Positions 40,984-51,380 of a DNA stretch of 64,000 nt are shown in pieces. The translations under genes and the position numbers were made by a program. Source of the DNA: Candidatus Bathyarchaeota archaeon (GTDB lineage Archaea; Thermoproteota; Bathyarchaeia; Bathyarchaeales; Bathycorpusculaceae). The notes under the pieces are model-generated. The model was not told where the DNA came from. It searched no databases and saw only the letters and a list, made by a program, of their open reading frames with translations. The stretch is taken from NCBI GenBank assembly GCA_963707955.1, contig OY970176.1, positions 1,184,001 to 1,248,000 of the forward strand. The letters are read 5' to 3'. How positions within the stretch are numbered: the stretch's first letter is position 1; each line of letters starts with the position of its first letter.

Positions 40984-41507
40984 CCTGCAGCTTCCTCCTT
41001 GTCGCTGCCTCCCTTTTTAAGTTGAATGAGGTCTCCGAGCGTCAGTTCACGGCTGAGCGCCCTGGGCATCTTCGCCTGTGGAACTTTTTCCTCCTTCCTA
41101 GGCACTATCAATTTGACCTTAAGAATATGCTCCAACGCTGTTGCAAGCTTGTCGCTGGGCGTCATCTTGCCCGTCTCAATCTTCTTTAGAAGCGATACCT
41201 TTTCGTTCAATCTCTTCCCCAGTTCTTCATGCGAAAGTCCCAGCTTCTCCCTTGCATTTCTTATCCTCGTGCCATAATCTTCCGTCAGTTCCACGCTCGT
41301 GTCGACTGGCGGCGCCGACGGCTTAGTTTGGACTCTAAGCGCGACGGGTGCCGTTCTGAGCTTCGGAAACACGTGTTTCGGTCTGGGCTCCTCGTAGCAT
41401 ATCTTGCCATGCTTTGCACATTCGCCACACACCGTGAGTCTTGCCCCTTCGATCATGACGTTGAATGATTTGCCAGGGATCTTGCATCCGCAGACTTCGC
41501 ATCGCAA
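40968..41507 (-). CDS. Archaeal multiprotein bridging factor aMBF1
   Basis: N-terminal CEVCG..VCGEC zinc ribbon, HTH (IRNAREKLGLSHEEL), TLGD. Confidence 0.92.
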   Translation of the reverse strand: MRCEVCGCKIPGKSFNVMIEGARLTVCGECAKHGKICYEEPRPKHVFPKLRTAPVALRVQTKPSAPPVDTSVELTEDYGTRIRNAREKLGLSHEELGKRLNEKVSLLKKIETGKMTPSDKLATALEHILKVKLIVPRKEEKVPQAKMPRALSRELTLGDLIQLKKGGSDKEEAAGREQS

Positions 41508-41590
41508 CTGGCTGCACACCTAGACTGCTTTTATTATAAAGGGTCATGTTTATAGTTGTCGAACGCGCATGCACGAGCTGTCGGTGAGTA

Positions 41591-42064
41591 ATGTTGGAGG
41601 ATGCTCTAAGGCGAGTAAGGGCTGTTGCAGACTATCAGTTTGGTAGAGGCGTAGGCGCGGAGCTTTTTCCCGAAGGGGTGAAAATTGTATTTTCCAGAAG
41701 GACGAGAAGAATCCGCTACATTTATCTGGACGGGAAACGGCTTGCCACTATGCGTCCGACGGATGGTATGCTTTCCCTGAGCATCAGAGGTGCAAGACGG
41801 ATCGTTGAAGGCGTGGCTTCTGCAAGGTGCTTTGTAAGAGTTCAAGATGATGTCTCAAAGTTTATTGCTGAAGGTGGCGACGTGTTTGCAGCGCACGTCG
41901 TGAAGGTTGATGAGGAGGTCCGCGCGAAAGACGAGGTAGTCGTGCTCGACGGCGACGAAAAGGTCTTAGCGGTCGGTCGGGCCATGTTGTCTGGTGAAGA
42001 GATGAAAGCTTTCAAGCGCGGCGTCGCCGTCAAGGTTCGACGTGGCTGTACGGATGAAGGTTAA
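41591..42064 (+). CDS. PUA-domain protein (archaeosine TGT C-terminal-like)
   Basis: ADYQFG, DVFAAHV, DEVVV, AVGRA, GVAVKVR. Confidence 0.85.
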   Translation: MLEDALRRVRAVADYQFGRGVGAELFPEGVKIVFSRRTRRIRYIYLDGKRLATMRPTDGMLSLSIRGARRIVEGVASARCFVRVQDDVSKFIAEGGDVFAAHVVKVDEEVRAKDEVVVLDGDEKVLAVGRAMLSGEEMKAFKRGVAVKVRRGCTDEG

Positions 42065-42110
42065 GTTTATGAGTTTTGACTAGTAAAGGTTAGATGGAAA
42101 GGGTGATCAT

Positions 42111-42464
42111 GTGCAGAGACGTGTCAATCCGCGTGAAGCAAGACGCATGATGCAACGCATGGGCATGAGCATGGACGCAGTTGCGGATGTTGAACAGGTT
42201 GTCATAAAAACAAGCGCAAAAGAGATAACTATCGAGGAGCCTGATGTTGCGGTGCTTGAAGTGCAGGGCCAGAAAATCTATCAGGTGACAGGCGGCAAGA
42301 TCACTGAGAAAGCCGCAGAGCGTAAGCCCTCGGGAATAGCTGAGGAAGACGTAAGACTCGTGGCCGACCAGACCGGCAAGAGCCCAGATGAAGCCAGGAG
42401 AGCCTTAGAAGAAAGTGGCGGAGACCTGGCAAAAGCAATTCTTCTATTACAGTCAAAATTCTAG
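42111..42464 (+). CDS. nac: Nascent polypeptide-associated complex protein
   Basis: RMMQRMG, NAC barrel, UBA-like EEDVRLVADQ...GDLAKAIL. Confidence 0.93.
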   Translation: MQRRVNPREARRMMQRMGMSMDAVADVEQVVIKTSAKEITIEEPDVAVLEVQGQKIYQVTGGKITEKAAERKPSGIAEEDVRLVADQTGKSPDEARRALEESGGDLAKAILLLQSKF

Positions 42465-42692
42465 CATTCGATCTCTTTTTACTCAGAACACTAACTCGCG
42501 AGCTTTTCACAAACTGTAGGGCCGCTAGTCGATGGATTCAAAAACGGTTGTTGCAGAGAGGAAAGTTGAAGAAACCATTAGGAATATACTTGTAGACTCG
42601 TTTACGGTCCGCGCGCAGAATGAAAGGTAGTGAGGTTCCGTTTAGTTTAAGTTTACTTGGGGTCAATATGCTAGGCGAGGTCAGATTCGCGC

Positions 42693-43607
42693 GTGTTCGA
42701 CATTGTTTCAGCAGGGCACTTTGCTGTGGATTCGATTTTCCTGCCTGATCGAAAGACTGCGTTTGTCGTTTTAGGCGGTTCCGTGACTTATGTTTCCCTT
42801 GCTGCGAGGCGCTTGGACGCCAGAGTTTCAGTTATTTCTAAGGTTGGCAGTGACTTTCCAGAGGCTTACAAGTGGTGGCTTGGGCAGGAGAGTGTTGACT
42901 TATCGAATTTGCTGAAGGTTGAGGGGACGCGGACTACACGTTTTGAACTGAAATACAACAGTGATTTTTCAGACCGTGACTTGCGGTCAGAGTGCAGAAT
43001 GTCTCCAATCACTGTTGAAGATGTGTCGAATCCTCCGAGGGCCAAAGCTGTTCATATCGGACCCATAGCTGGCGAGGTTGCATACGATGTTGTCGAGAAG
43101 CTGAGAAACTGTTGTGAAGTCACCTCTCTTGATCCGCAGGGATTTGTGCGCCGGTTTGACGAGAACGGGAACGTTACCCTTGGGCCGCTCGTGGACGAGC
43201 GTGTGTTGGAGCTCATCGACATTTTCAAGTCTTCACTCAGTGAACTCTGGGCTGTGACCGGTCTTTCAGAGCTTGAACCGGCCGTGAAGGCAATACATGA
43301 TCACGGTGTCAAGATTGTCATAACCACTTTGGGTGCGAAGGGAGCGGCGGTTTCAGTTGAGGGCACAATCCATAATGTTCCAGCCTACAAACCTGAGAAG
43401 CTTGTTGACCCAACTGGAGCTGGAGACGCTTTCATCGGAGGTTTCTTGGCCGAGTATGTTCGTGGCGAAGATTGTTCTTGGTGTTCATGCGTCGGGACGG
43501 CGGTCGCTTCGCTAGTTGTTGAAGGTGTCGGTCCGACATTCTTCGGTGACAGAGAAGAAATCATTCGAAGAGCCCGCGTCCTCTATGAAAAAGAAATTAA
43601 GGAATGA
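42693..43607 (+). CDS. PfkB-family carbohydrate/nucleoside kinase
   Basis: LGGSVTY, SKVGSDF, VDPTGAGDAF. Confidence 0.9.
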   Translation: MFDIVSAGHFAVDSIFLPDRKTAFVVLGGSVTYVSLAARRLDARVSVISKVGSDFPEAYKWWLGQESVDLSNLLKVEGTRTTRFELKYNSDFSDRDLRSECRMSPITVEDVSNPPRAKAVHIGPIAGEVAYDVVEKLRNCCEVTSLDPQGFVRRFDENGNVTLGPLVDERVLELIDIFKSSLSELWAVTGLSELEPAVKAIHDHGVKIVITTLGAKGAAVSVEGTIHNVPAYKPEKLVDPTGAGDAFIGGFLAEYVRGEDCSWCSCVGTAVASLVVEGVGPTFFGDREEIIRRARVLYEKEIKE

Positions 43608-43647
43608 AGTATACTGTAATTCATCAAAACCACGTATATGAGAGGCA

Positions 43648-43860
43648 ATGTCTTTGGGACGTGTCGCTAAGGGAGTGAAATGCAGCGTGTCGAGTTGTGG
43701 TAAAGATGCTGTACGTTCGCTTTCAGCTGAAAAGGTCAGAGCCGCAGGCCTGAGGGTTGGTAGCGAAAGGCACGCTTACCTGTGCAAGGAACACTACAAA
43801 GAGTATAAGAAGAAGACGAAGAAAGACAAGCAGATTGAGCAGTGGCGCTACAAACCATAG
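43648..43860 (+). CDS. Small basic zinc-finger protein
   Basis: CSVSSC...LCKEHY, K-rich, SD GAGAGG. Confidence 0.75.
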   Translation: MSLGRVAKGVKCSVSSCGKDAVRSLSAEKVRAAGLRVGSERHAYLCKEHYKEYKKKTKKDKQIEQWRYKP

Positions 43861-43881
43861 ACTTTGGAGGACAGACATTCA

Positions 43882-45753
43882 ATGCGAATATTGCAGCTGC
43901 ATGCGAACTTTATCGCATACAAGCCTGTTCAGAAAGAGATTGCCATGGCTGAGGAAACCGAGAAGGAAGAGGTCCGATTAGAAGAACTGATCGTTCTGTT
44001 CACCGCAGTTGAAGACGGTGACGATGCAAGAGTCGCTCAGAAGGCTATTGACGAAGTTCAGGCCTTTCTCGAAAAACTCGGCGCGAACCGCATTTTGATT
44101 TACCCGTACGCCCACCTGAGCAGCAGGCTTGCCAGGCCGTCAGAAGCGTTGAAAACGGTTCAAGCCATGGAAGCTTATGCGAAGAAGAAGGGCATAGAGA
44201 CATTTCGCGCACCGTTCGGCTGGAACAAACAGTTCACGGTCTCAGTCAAAGGTCACCCTCTCGCAGAGCAGTCTCGAGTGATACTGCCCGCAGAAGCCAA
44301 GGAGATAAAAGAAGAAGAGAAGGTTTCTGAGGCGGTGAAGGCCGAGGAAAAACTCAGGTCATCCTGGCACATCCTTCGGCCTGACGGAAAAATGGTGCCG
44401 GTCGAAGAGTTCAATTTCAAGGGGTACGTAGACCTTGAAAAATTCGCAAGGTATGAAATATCAAAGGTGAGAGCCAGCCAGCAGATGCCGCCCCACGTGA
44501 CGCTGATGAAAAGGCTGGAGATCGCTGATTACGAGCTTGGAAGCGACCCTGGAAACATCCGTTGGTACCCGAAGGGCCGGCTCATCAAGTCTCTACTCGA
44601 GGAGTTTGTGGGCGCCAAGATGAACGAGTATGGCGCGATGGAAGTCGAGACTCCTGTAATGTACGACTTTCATCATCCTAGCCTAGCAGATTACGTGAAC
44701 CGTTTTCCCGCGAGACAATACTTACTGAAGTCAGAGGGCAAGGAGCTGTTCCTGCGTTTTGCCGCGTGTTTCGGGCAGTTCTTGATGGTTCATGACGCGC
44801 AGTTCTCTTACAAACACATGCCAATGAAAGTGTACGAGTTAACTCGTTACAGCTTCAGGAGAGAAAAAAGTGGAGAGGTTGTGGGTCTCAGAAGGCTCAG
44901 GGCTTTCAGCATGCCCGACTGTCACGCCTTCTGCACAGACCTGAAGCAAGCCCGAAAAGAATTCGTGACACGTTTCAAGATGTGCATGCAAATTCTAGAA
45001 GAGATAGGCTTAGGCAAGGATGACTACGAAGTGGGGATACGGTTCACCAAAAACTTTTATGAAGAAAACAAGCGGTTCATCGCGTCCCTGGTGAAGACTC
45101 TCGGCAAACCCGTGTTGGCTGAGATGTGGAGTGAGCGCTTCTTCTACTTCGTGCTGAAATGGGACTTTAACTACGTGGACAATCAGGACAAGGCCGCTGC
45201 TCTCTCAACGGACCAGATCGACGTTGAGAACGCCAAACGGTACGACATAAAGTTCGTCGATGAGAAGGGTGAGAAGCAGTATCCGTTGATTCTGCACTGT
45301 TCTCCGAGCGGGGCGATTGAGAGAGACGTGTATGCGCTTTTGGAGAAGGCCTACAAAGAACAGAAGAGAGGCAGGCCGCCAATGCTTCCTGTCTGGCTTT
45401 CTCCGACACAGGTTCGGCTGATCCCTATATCCGACAACTTCCTCAAGGATGTGGAGAAAATGGCTGAAGAGATGGAAGCTCACCGTGTGAGGGTGGACAT
45501 CGATGATCGTGCGCTGACGCTGCAGAAAAGAGTACGTGAAGCTGAGATGGAGTGGGTTCCTTACATAATTGTTGTAGGTCAGAAAGAACTGGAGTCCGAT
45601 GTGCTTCCGGTTAGGGATAGGGCAAGTGGGAAGATGCGCAAGTTGAAACTGAAAGAGTTCATGGCGGAGACTGAAAAGATGATCAGCGACAAGCCCTTCA
45701 AACCGTTGCCGTTGCCGAAATATCTTTCTAAGAGGCCGCAGTTCTACGGGTAG
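43882..45753 (+). CDS. thrS: Threonine--tRNA ligase (archaeal type with N-terminal editing domain)
   Basis: YPYAHLS, APFGW, LRFAACFG, FRREKSGE, HCSPSG; SD GGAGG before ATG 43882. Confidence 0.96.
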   Translation: MRILQLHANFIAYKPVQKEIAMAEETEKEEVRLEELIVLFTAVEDGDDARVAQKAIDEVQAFLEKLGANRILIYPYAHLSSRLARPSEALKTVQAMEAYAKKKGIETFRAPFGWNKQFTVSVKGHPLAEQSRVILPAEAKEIKEEEKVSEAVKAEEKLRSSWHILRPDGKMVPVEEFNFKGYVDLEKFARYEISKVRASQQMPPHVTLMKRLEIADYELGSDPGNIRWYPKGRLIKSLLEEFVGAKMNEYGAMEVETPVMYDFHHPSLADYVNRFPARQYLLKSEGKELFLRFAACFGQFLMVHDAQFSYKHMPMKVYELTRYSFRREKSGEVVGLRRLRAFSMPDCHAFCTDLKQARKEFVTRFKMCMQILEEIGLGKDDYEVGIRFTKNFYEENKRFIASLVKTLGKPVLAEMWSERFFYFVLKWDFNYVDNQDKAAALSTDQIDVENAKRYDIKFVDEKGEKQYPLILHCSPSGAIERDVYALLEKAYKEQKRGRPPMLPVWLSPTQVRLIPISDNFLKDVEKMAEEMEAHRVRVDIDDRALTLQKRVREAEMEWVPYIIVVGQKELESDVLPVRDRASGKMRKLKLKEFMAETEKMISDKPFKPLPLPKYLSKRPQFYG

Positions 45754-45838
45754 CGATGGCAACGATCAGCCAGTTCTGTCCAAAAGATATATGAAACCTT
45801 GATTTGATAGATTAACTTCTCGTTTCGGGGGCAGTCCA

Positions 45839-46723
45839 TTGGAGAAGGAGTTGCAGGTTTACATAGACGGGAAATATTATCCGAAGTCGGAAGCGAAAGT
45901 TTCGGTTTTTGACCACGGCCTGCTGTACGGTGATGGCGTTTTCGAGGGTATCCGCGCCTACGACGGCGTAGTCTTCAAACTGAAGGAGCACATCAACAGG
46001 CTTTACAGTTCGGCTCACATGCTAATGCTGTCGATTCCGATGACCAGAGAAGAGCTGATCCAGAAGACGTTGGAAACGTTGCGGAAGAACAAGTTGAGAG
46101 ACGGGTACATACGTCTAGTGGTTACGAGGGGGGCAGGCGACCTCGGGTTGAATCCGAAGAACTGCCCAAAACCAACAATAATCATAATCACAGACACGAT
46201 CTCCATGCACAAGGATGACGCCAAAGAGAACGGCGTCACTGCCATGATTTCATGGGTCAAAAGAGACCCTGTAGACGCAACGTCACACGAGATGAAGTCC
46301 CTCAACTACCTCAACAGCATCTTGGCAAAGATCGAGGCAAACATAGCCGGTGTTGATGAGGCAATCTGTCTTGACAAGAACGGGTTTGTCTGTGAAGGTG
46401 TAGCGGAAAACGTGTTCATAGTGAAGAACGGCAAGATACAAACGCCGCCTAGTTGCACGGGCGCCTTACCCGGAATAACAGCGGAATCGGCTAAGACCCT
46501 CGCTAGACAGCTGGGGTATGAAGTATCTGAAAAGAACGTGACACCTTATGAGCTGTTCAACGCTGACGAGGTTTTCTTCACGGGAACAGCCGTGGAAATC
46601 GTGCCTGTGAGAGAAATAAACAAAAGGTCTATAGGCGACGGCAGGCCAGGTCCGATTGCGAGAAGACTGATAGCAGAGTTCTCAAGAATGGTTCTCGATC
46701 CGAAGGAAGGAATAACCATCTAA
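45839..46723 (+). CDS. ilvE: Branched-chain amino acid aminotransferase
   Basis: DHGLLYGDGVFEGIRAY, KSLNY, LPGIT, FFTGT. Confidence 0.95.
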   Translation: MEKELQVYIDGKYYPKSEAKVSVFDHGLLYGDGVFEGIRAYDGVVFKLKEHINRLYSSAHMLMLSIPMTREELIQKTLETLRKNKLRDGYIRLVVTRGAGDLGLNPKNCPKPTIIIITDTISMHKDDAKENGVTAMISWVKRDPVDATSHEMKSLNYLNSILAKIEANIAGVDEAICLDKNGFVCEGVAENVFIVKNGKIQTPPSCTGALPGITAESAKTLARQLGYEVSEKNVTPYELFNADEVFFTGTAVEIVPVREINKRSIGDGRPGPIARRLIAEFSRMVLDPKEGITI

Positions 46724-46760
46724 CAATACCACGCGCTTTGTTGACGCAGGCTCATGCTTT

Positions 46761-47975
46761 TTACTTGTGTTTCTTCATGAAACCTTCAATTTCATCAAAC
46801 GCTTTTTCAAGAATCTCGATCGGTGGAAGGACAACTCCTCTAACGTGTCCAGCTCCGTACACTGGGTCGAATCCAGATCCGTGAACGAAAAGCACTCCGG
46901 TTTCCCTTAGAAGATCCAAAACGAACTCCATATCTGTCTTCCATTTTCTCCCTACTTCATGGATTTTGGGGAAGACGTAGAACGCGGCTTCAGGTTTTGC
47001 GCAACTGACCCCTTCGATTCCGTTCAGCCTCTTCCAAGCGAAGTGGCTTCTTTGCCGAAGTTTTTCAACTGTGGCGTTTATGTGTTCTTGCGGACCGTTT
47101 AAGGCTGCCACTCCGGCTTTCTGGACAGGCGTGTTCGCGCAGAGTCTTATTCTAGCTTCTTTCTCGATGCAGTCTCTCATTTCTTGCAGTTCGCCTCTTC
47201 GGCTGTGGAAGTACAGGTATCCGAGTCTCCAGCCTGTCATCAGGTAAGCTTTTGAAAAGCCGTTCAAGCCTATGACTGGAACGTCTCCGGCCAAGTGGGT
47301 TGTGCTGACAAACTTTTTCTGAAACACTAGCTGGTCGTAGATTTCGTCTGACAAGACTGGGACGTCGTTTTCGCCTGCCAGGTCCACTATTTCCTTTATC
47401 ATTTTGCCTTCGTACAGCGCACCGCAAGGGTTGTTTGGGTTGATGATCACTATTGCACGAGTCTTAGGTGAGATCTTTTTTCTAAGGTCATCGATGTTTG
47501 GCTGCCAGCCGTCTTCCTCAACTGTTTCGTATGTTATCGGTTTTCCGCCGAAGAACCTGGCATACGAGATGTAAGGCGGGTAAGTTGGTCCTGGGAGAAG
47601 GATTTCGTCTCCAGACTCGATGAGCGCGGCCATAACCATCATGATGCCTTCAGAAATTCCTGATGTGACAATCACGTCTTCGGCCGAGACTTCAACGTCG
47701 TTGACTCTTTTCTCTTTCTGGCTGATTGCCTCTCTGAGTTCTGGCAACCCTTCTGAGGGTGAGTAGAGATTCGCTCCTTCTTCAACCGCCCTGATCAGGG
47801 CTTGTTTGATGTGCGGCGGCGTGTCAAAATCGAACGCGTTTGGGTCTCCTATGTTCAGATAGTAGATCTTCTTGCCTGCTTTCGCAACTTGTTTTGCGTA
47901 GGGGATGACATCGCGAATCGCGTACTCGATTGTCTGCACTCTTTCGGTCGGCTTCGTTTTGGCCAAGTTTATCAC
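46761..47975 (-). CDS. Class I/II PLP aminotransferase (alanine aminotransferase-like)
   Basis: YAIRD, LNIGDP, INPNNP, SDEIY, SKAYLMTGWRLG. Confidence 0.92.
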   Translation of the reverse strand: MINLAKTKPTERVQTIEYAIRDVIPYAKQVAKAGKKIYYLNIGDPNAFDFDTPPHIKQALIRAVEEGANLYSPSEGLPELREAISQKEKRVNDVEVSAEDVIVTSGISEGIMMVMAALIESGDEILLPGPTYPPYISYARFFGGKPITYETVEEDGWQPNIDDLRKKISPKTRAIVIINPNNPCGALYEGKMIKEIVDLAGENDVPVLSDEIYDQLVFQKKFVSTTHLAGDVPVIGLNGFSKAYLMTGWRLGYLYFHSRRGELQEMRDCIEKEARIRLCANTPVQKAGVAALNGPQEHINATVEKLRQRSHFAWKRLNGIEGVSCAKPEAAFYVFPKIHEVGRKWKTDMEFVLDLLRETGVLFVHGSGFDPVYGAGHVRGVVLPPIEILEKAFDEIEGFMKKHK

Positions 47976-48023
47976 GTTTTAGGGCTGAGATTGTTCAGAA
48001 ATGAGATAAAGATTTTGGAGTGG

Positions 48024-49659
48024 CTAGCCTACTTCAAACGTTGCAGATGTTTGGTATCCGTCCGCAGTCTGTATGGTAATCGTCACGTTTTGACCAACGT
48101 ACGGTTCCCATTTCAACGCAAAGAGCATTTCGACGACTGACCCTATGGAAATCTGTTGTCCCGCATCAGTTGCGGATTGCCAGGAGATCAGCATTGTTCC
48201 GTTCGCGGCCACGGTATTCATCTGGGTCACTGTTTCGTTGATTTGGGAAAACTCGCTGTTGTAGATTGTGACGTTTAAGTAAGGACTTCCAGGTGAGAGA
48301 TAGATGAAAGAGGCATTGGTTATTTCGAGGTATGGAACCGTCAGGTTGTAAGTGAGTAGCGATTCGTTTGAACCATACGTAAAGTGAGCTATCACGGTGA
48401 CGTTTTGTCCGACGAGGCTTGACCAGTTGAGAACGCAGGTAAGAGTAGATGGTGCGCCTGGCGCTATCAGTGTTGCACTGGTAACGGTTTGGTTTTGGTT
48501 GAGGTCTACTTCTGTCACGTTGATGGTGTTAAGCGAATAAGGCATGTTGGTCATGTTTATGAGGAAAAGGCCGGTGTTGTTCAGGTCAAAAACCACGTTG
48601 TTTATGTTTGCTGCGACTCCCAGAGGCGTTGTGACAGTCTCAGACCCAGACACGAACCCTTCTTCAGTGTTGGCGGTCACTGTAACGTCCATGTCACGGT
48701 AGCTGATGTCTGTCCAGTTCCAAGCACACGCAAAAACGACGGTTTGATTCACGTCGATAGCCATGGGGAGACTTGGGTTTGAGAGGTTTCCGCTTATGAC
48801 GTCTACTGTGCTGTTATATGCCAAGGTTATGTTTGTGACGACCACAGAAGCGGTAGAGTCCGGCATGTTGGATAGTGTTATGTCGGTCTCATTCGTGTTC
48901 GTTTCGTTAAAGGTGACCTGTGCCACTTGCAGGTCGACCGAAGGAATGGCTTCTTGTATTTGAGACTGTGTAGCCTTCAAGCGTTTGAACTGTGATTATG
49001 GGTTTTACGAGCTCTTGCCAGTTTGCGAAGCAAGTAAACGTTATACTCTGGTTTGCGGGGATTACCGCTGGAACCTTTATGCTCAGGTTTTCGACAACAG
49101 AGTTGTAGTTAAGCAAAAAGTCCGATAGGGTCAAGTTGATCGGCGAAGGTTGATTCGTGACGGTCACGTTGAAATATGCGTCACTCTGGGAAGCGTTAAA
49201 ATTTGTGGCAACTCCAAGGGTTACCTGTTGCGTCTGGACAGAAAGCGCGGTCTCCGTGTTATTCGCGGTCAACACGTGCACTGAGATGAGGCTTCCAGCC
49301 ATCGCGCCCCATTGTAACGAGCAGGTGATGGTTTGGGAGGTTCCTACGGCAAGAACGAATGGAAGTTCTGGCGTAGAGTCCGTAATGCTGGATGCGTTGG
49401 TCCCGGCTGCTGTTATGTAAATGGTCGTTATGTTTGCACTGAAGCTTGAATGCGATGGGTTCAGAACTGTCACGTTGAAATGATTTGCGTCGTTGACTGG
49501 GAAATTAGCGCCTGTTACAATCACGTCTAGGCTGTTTTGGGGCTCCAGATAGAACGGTGCCATCGTCCACATGTATGCTATGAGGGCTCCGATTATCGCT
49601 GAGAGCAAGATGAGTAAGATTGCAAAGAGCGTGGAGATCGCCTTCACCTCTTTTCTCAT
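48024..49659 (-). CDS. Surface protein with class III (pilin-type) signal peptide and repeated beta domains (apparent frameshift near 48960-48970)
   Basis: MRKEVKA|ISTLFAILLILL...; many N-x-S/T sequons; ORFs 48907..49665 and 48024..48980 join by removing one base. Confidence 0.7.
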
Positions 49660-50019
49660 GTGCAAGTTCTTCCCTCGATTTTTAAACGATTGTTGTAAAT
49701 CATATTTCTCAGTAGTAAATAAGCATTCTCTAGTTCGTTTTCACTATCCACTCATCAGCTTGACCCGGTCTCTTGCGTTTTCAAAGCCTACGCGAGCAAC
49801 AGGGCTGTTGTTCAAAGCACACTTTCACAGTGTTTCTTTGGAGCAGATGTGCATTTCGCGTGAAAGAACCGACAAACTAATGTATGGGTCGCGATGAGTT
49901 CACGGAACAGAAAGGGTCTCTCGCAGCGAGCGCCAAGATCTTTTCTGCTTCTAGTGTTACAGCTAAGTTTAAATCTTGTTCACTTGAGATAATTCAGTTT
50001 CCGATCCGAAGGGTTAGGC

Positions 50020-51306
50020 ATGCCAGAACACGATGCGGTCATAGTGGGTGCGGGAATCATAGGGTTAGCAACTGGGTATCACATTAAAAGGATGAATCCT
50101 AAACTTGACGTTTTGATCGTTGACAGGCTTGGCGCCGCGGGCCAAGGAAGCACGGCGAAGAGCGCGGCTGCTTTCCGTTGTCTTTTTGCTTCTCGCACAA
50201 ATTTTGCTCTGGCGGATTCTTCTGCAGAGTTTTACAGGTATGTGCAAGACGACTTGCGCTTTGATCTTAAGCTACGGTGGGCTGGTTACCTGTGGTTTTT
50301 TGACGCGGAAAGCTACAGCAGGATGCTCCCAGTGCTGAGGGACCTGGCTGGCAAGGGTTTTCAGTATATGGAGTACGATGAAGAAGAGTTGGCTGAGAAA
50401 CTTGAGATGCGGACTAGCTTTGATAATGATGAAGAAGCCAAAATGATGGGGTTGGGCAACGTTCACAAGGGGGTTCTGATTCCGAAGGCAGGTTTGATCG
50501 ATGTGGACTCTCTGGTAAAGTTTTATGAGTCCGAGTTTCTCAGGCTCGGAGGGAAGATTCAGTATCACACTGACGTGAAGGAACTCGTCGTTGAGCCTCG
50601 CAGGCCTCTGGGTATGCCGGGTGAACCATACTTTTGGCAGGACGCATCGATCACGGGGGTGAAGACGACGAAGGGTCTGATAAAGGCAAAGAAAACAATA
50701 GTTGCGGCCGGCGCATGGATTTCTCAGCTCCTGGACCCTGTTGGGGTTGAATGCTTTGTCAAGGCTAAGAAGCGGCAGGTTTTCTCTATCAAAGCGAAGA
50801 CGGAGGGGCTGAAGAAACTATTGACATGCAAGGAATTCACGAGAGCAGGGTGTCTCCCGTTCACGATTCTTCCTAAACCGTCTGCCTACATTCGGCCTGC
50901 ACCTGAAGAAGACGCTCTTTGGCTAGCTTACGCTGACGAGTTTCCGAGAGCCTTCAAGGTAGAGGATGAACCTGAACCTGAAGAAAACTACTACACGTAC
51001 GGATTGTACCAAGTCGTAGTTAAGTACTTCCCGCAGTTTACAGACTGCCAGCCATTCTCAGCTTTCGCCGGGCTTTACGAGGTGAACAGCATCGACGGTC
51101 AACCCGTGATTTTTGAGGAAAACGACCTGATGGTCGTCGGCGGCGCAAGTGGAAGCGGCATATTAAAAGCTGACGCAATAGGAAGGATAGCTGGAGCACT
51201 CTATAATAGTGAAGAGTACGCTAACTTGTACGGTGACAGAAAGTTCAGGGTCAGCGACCTTGGCCTGAAACATAGAAGCGTCGAACCAGAAAAGCTCGTG
51301 ATCTAA
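50020..51306 (+). CDS. FAD-dependent oxidoreductase, DAO/sarcosine oxidase beta-like
   Basis: IVGAGIIG, GSTAKSAA, VAAGAW, DGQPVI, SGSGI. Confidence 0.88.
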   Translation: MPEHDAVIVGAGIIGLATGYHIKRMNPKLDVLIVDRLGAAGQGSTAKSAAAFRCLFASRTNFALADSSAEFYRYVQDDLRFDLKLRWAGYLWFFDAESYSRMLPVLRDLAGKGFQYMEYDEEELAEKLEMRTSFDNDEEAKMMGLGNVHKGVLIPKAGLIDVDSLVKFYESEFLRLGGKIQYHTDVKELVVEPRRPLGMPGEPYFWQDASITGVKTTKGLIKAKKTIVAAGAWISQLLDPVGVECFVKAKKRQVFSIKAKTEGLKKLLTCKEFTRAGCLPFTILPKPSAYIRPAPEEDALWLAYADEFPRAFKVEDEPEPEENYYTYGLYQVVVKYFPQFTDCQPFSAFAGLYEVNSIDGQPVIFEENDLMVVGGASGSGILKADAIGRIAGALYNSEEYANLYGDRKFRVSDLGLKHRSVEPEKLVI

Positions 51307-51380
51307 CCTCCATAAAGGATTACGCTTATTTACTTACGGTCACTTATTTTCATAACACTCATTTTCGGGAAGTCAGCGTT

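Noticed and set aside
43648-45753. Zn-finger ORF TAG stop is in frame with thrS (possible amber readthrough fusion)
   Set aside because: thrS has its own SD (GGAGG) and ATG at 43882; in-frame adjacency has a 1-in-3 chance; no pyl genes seen.
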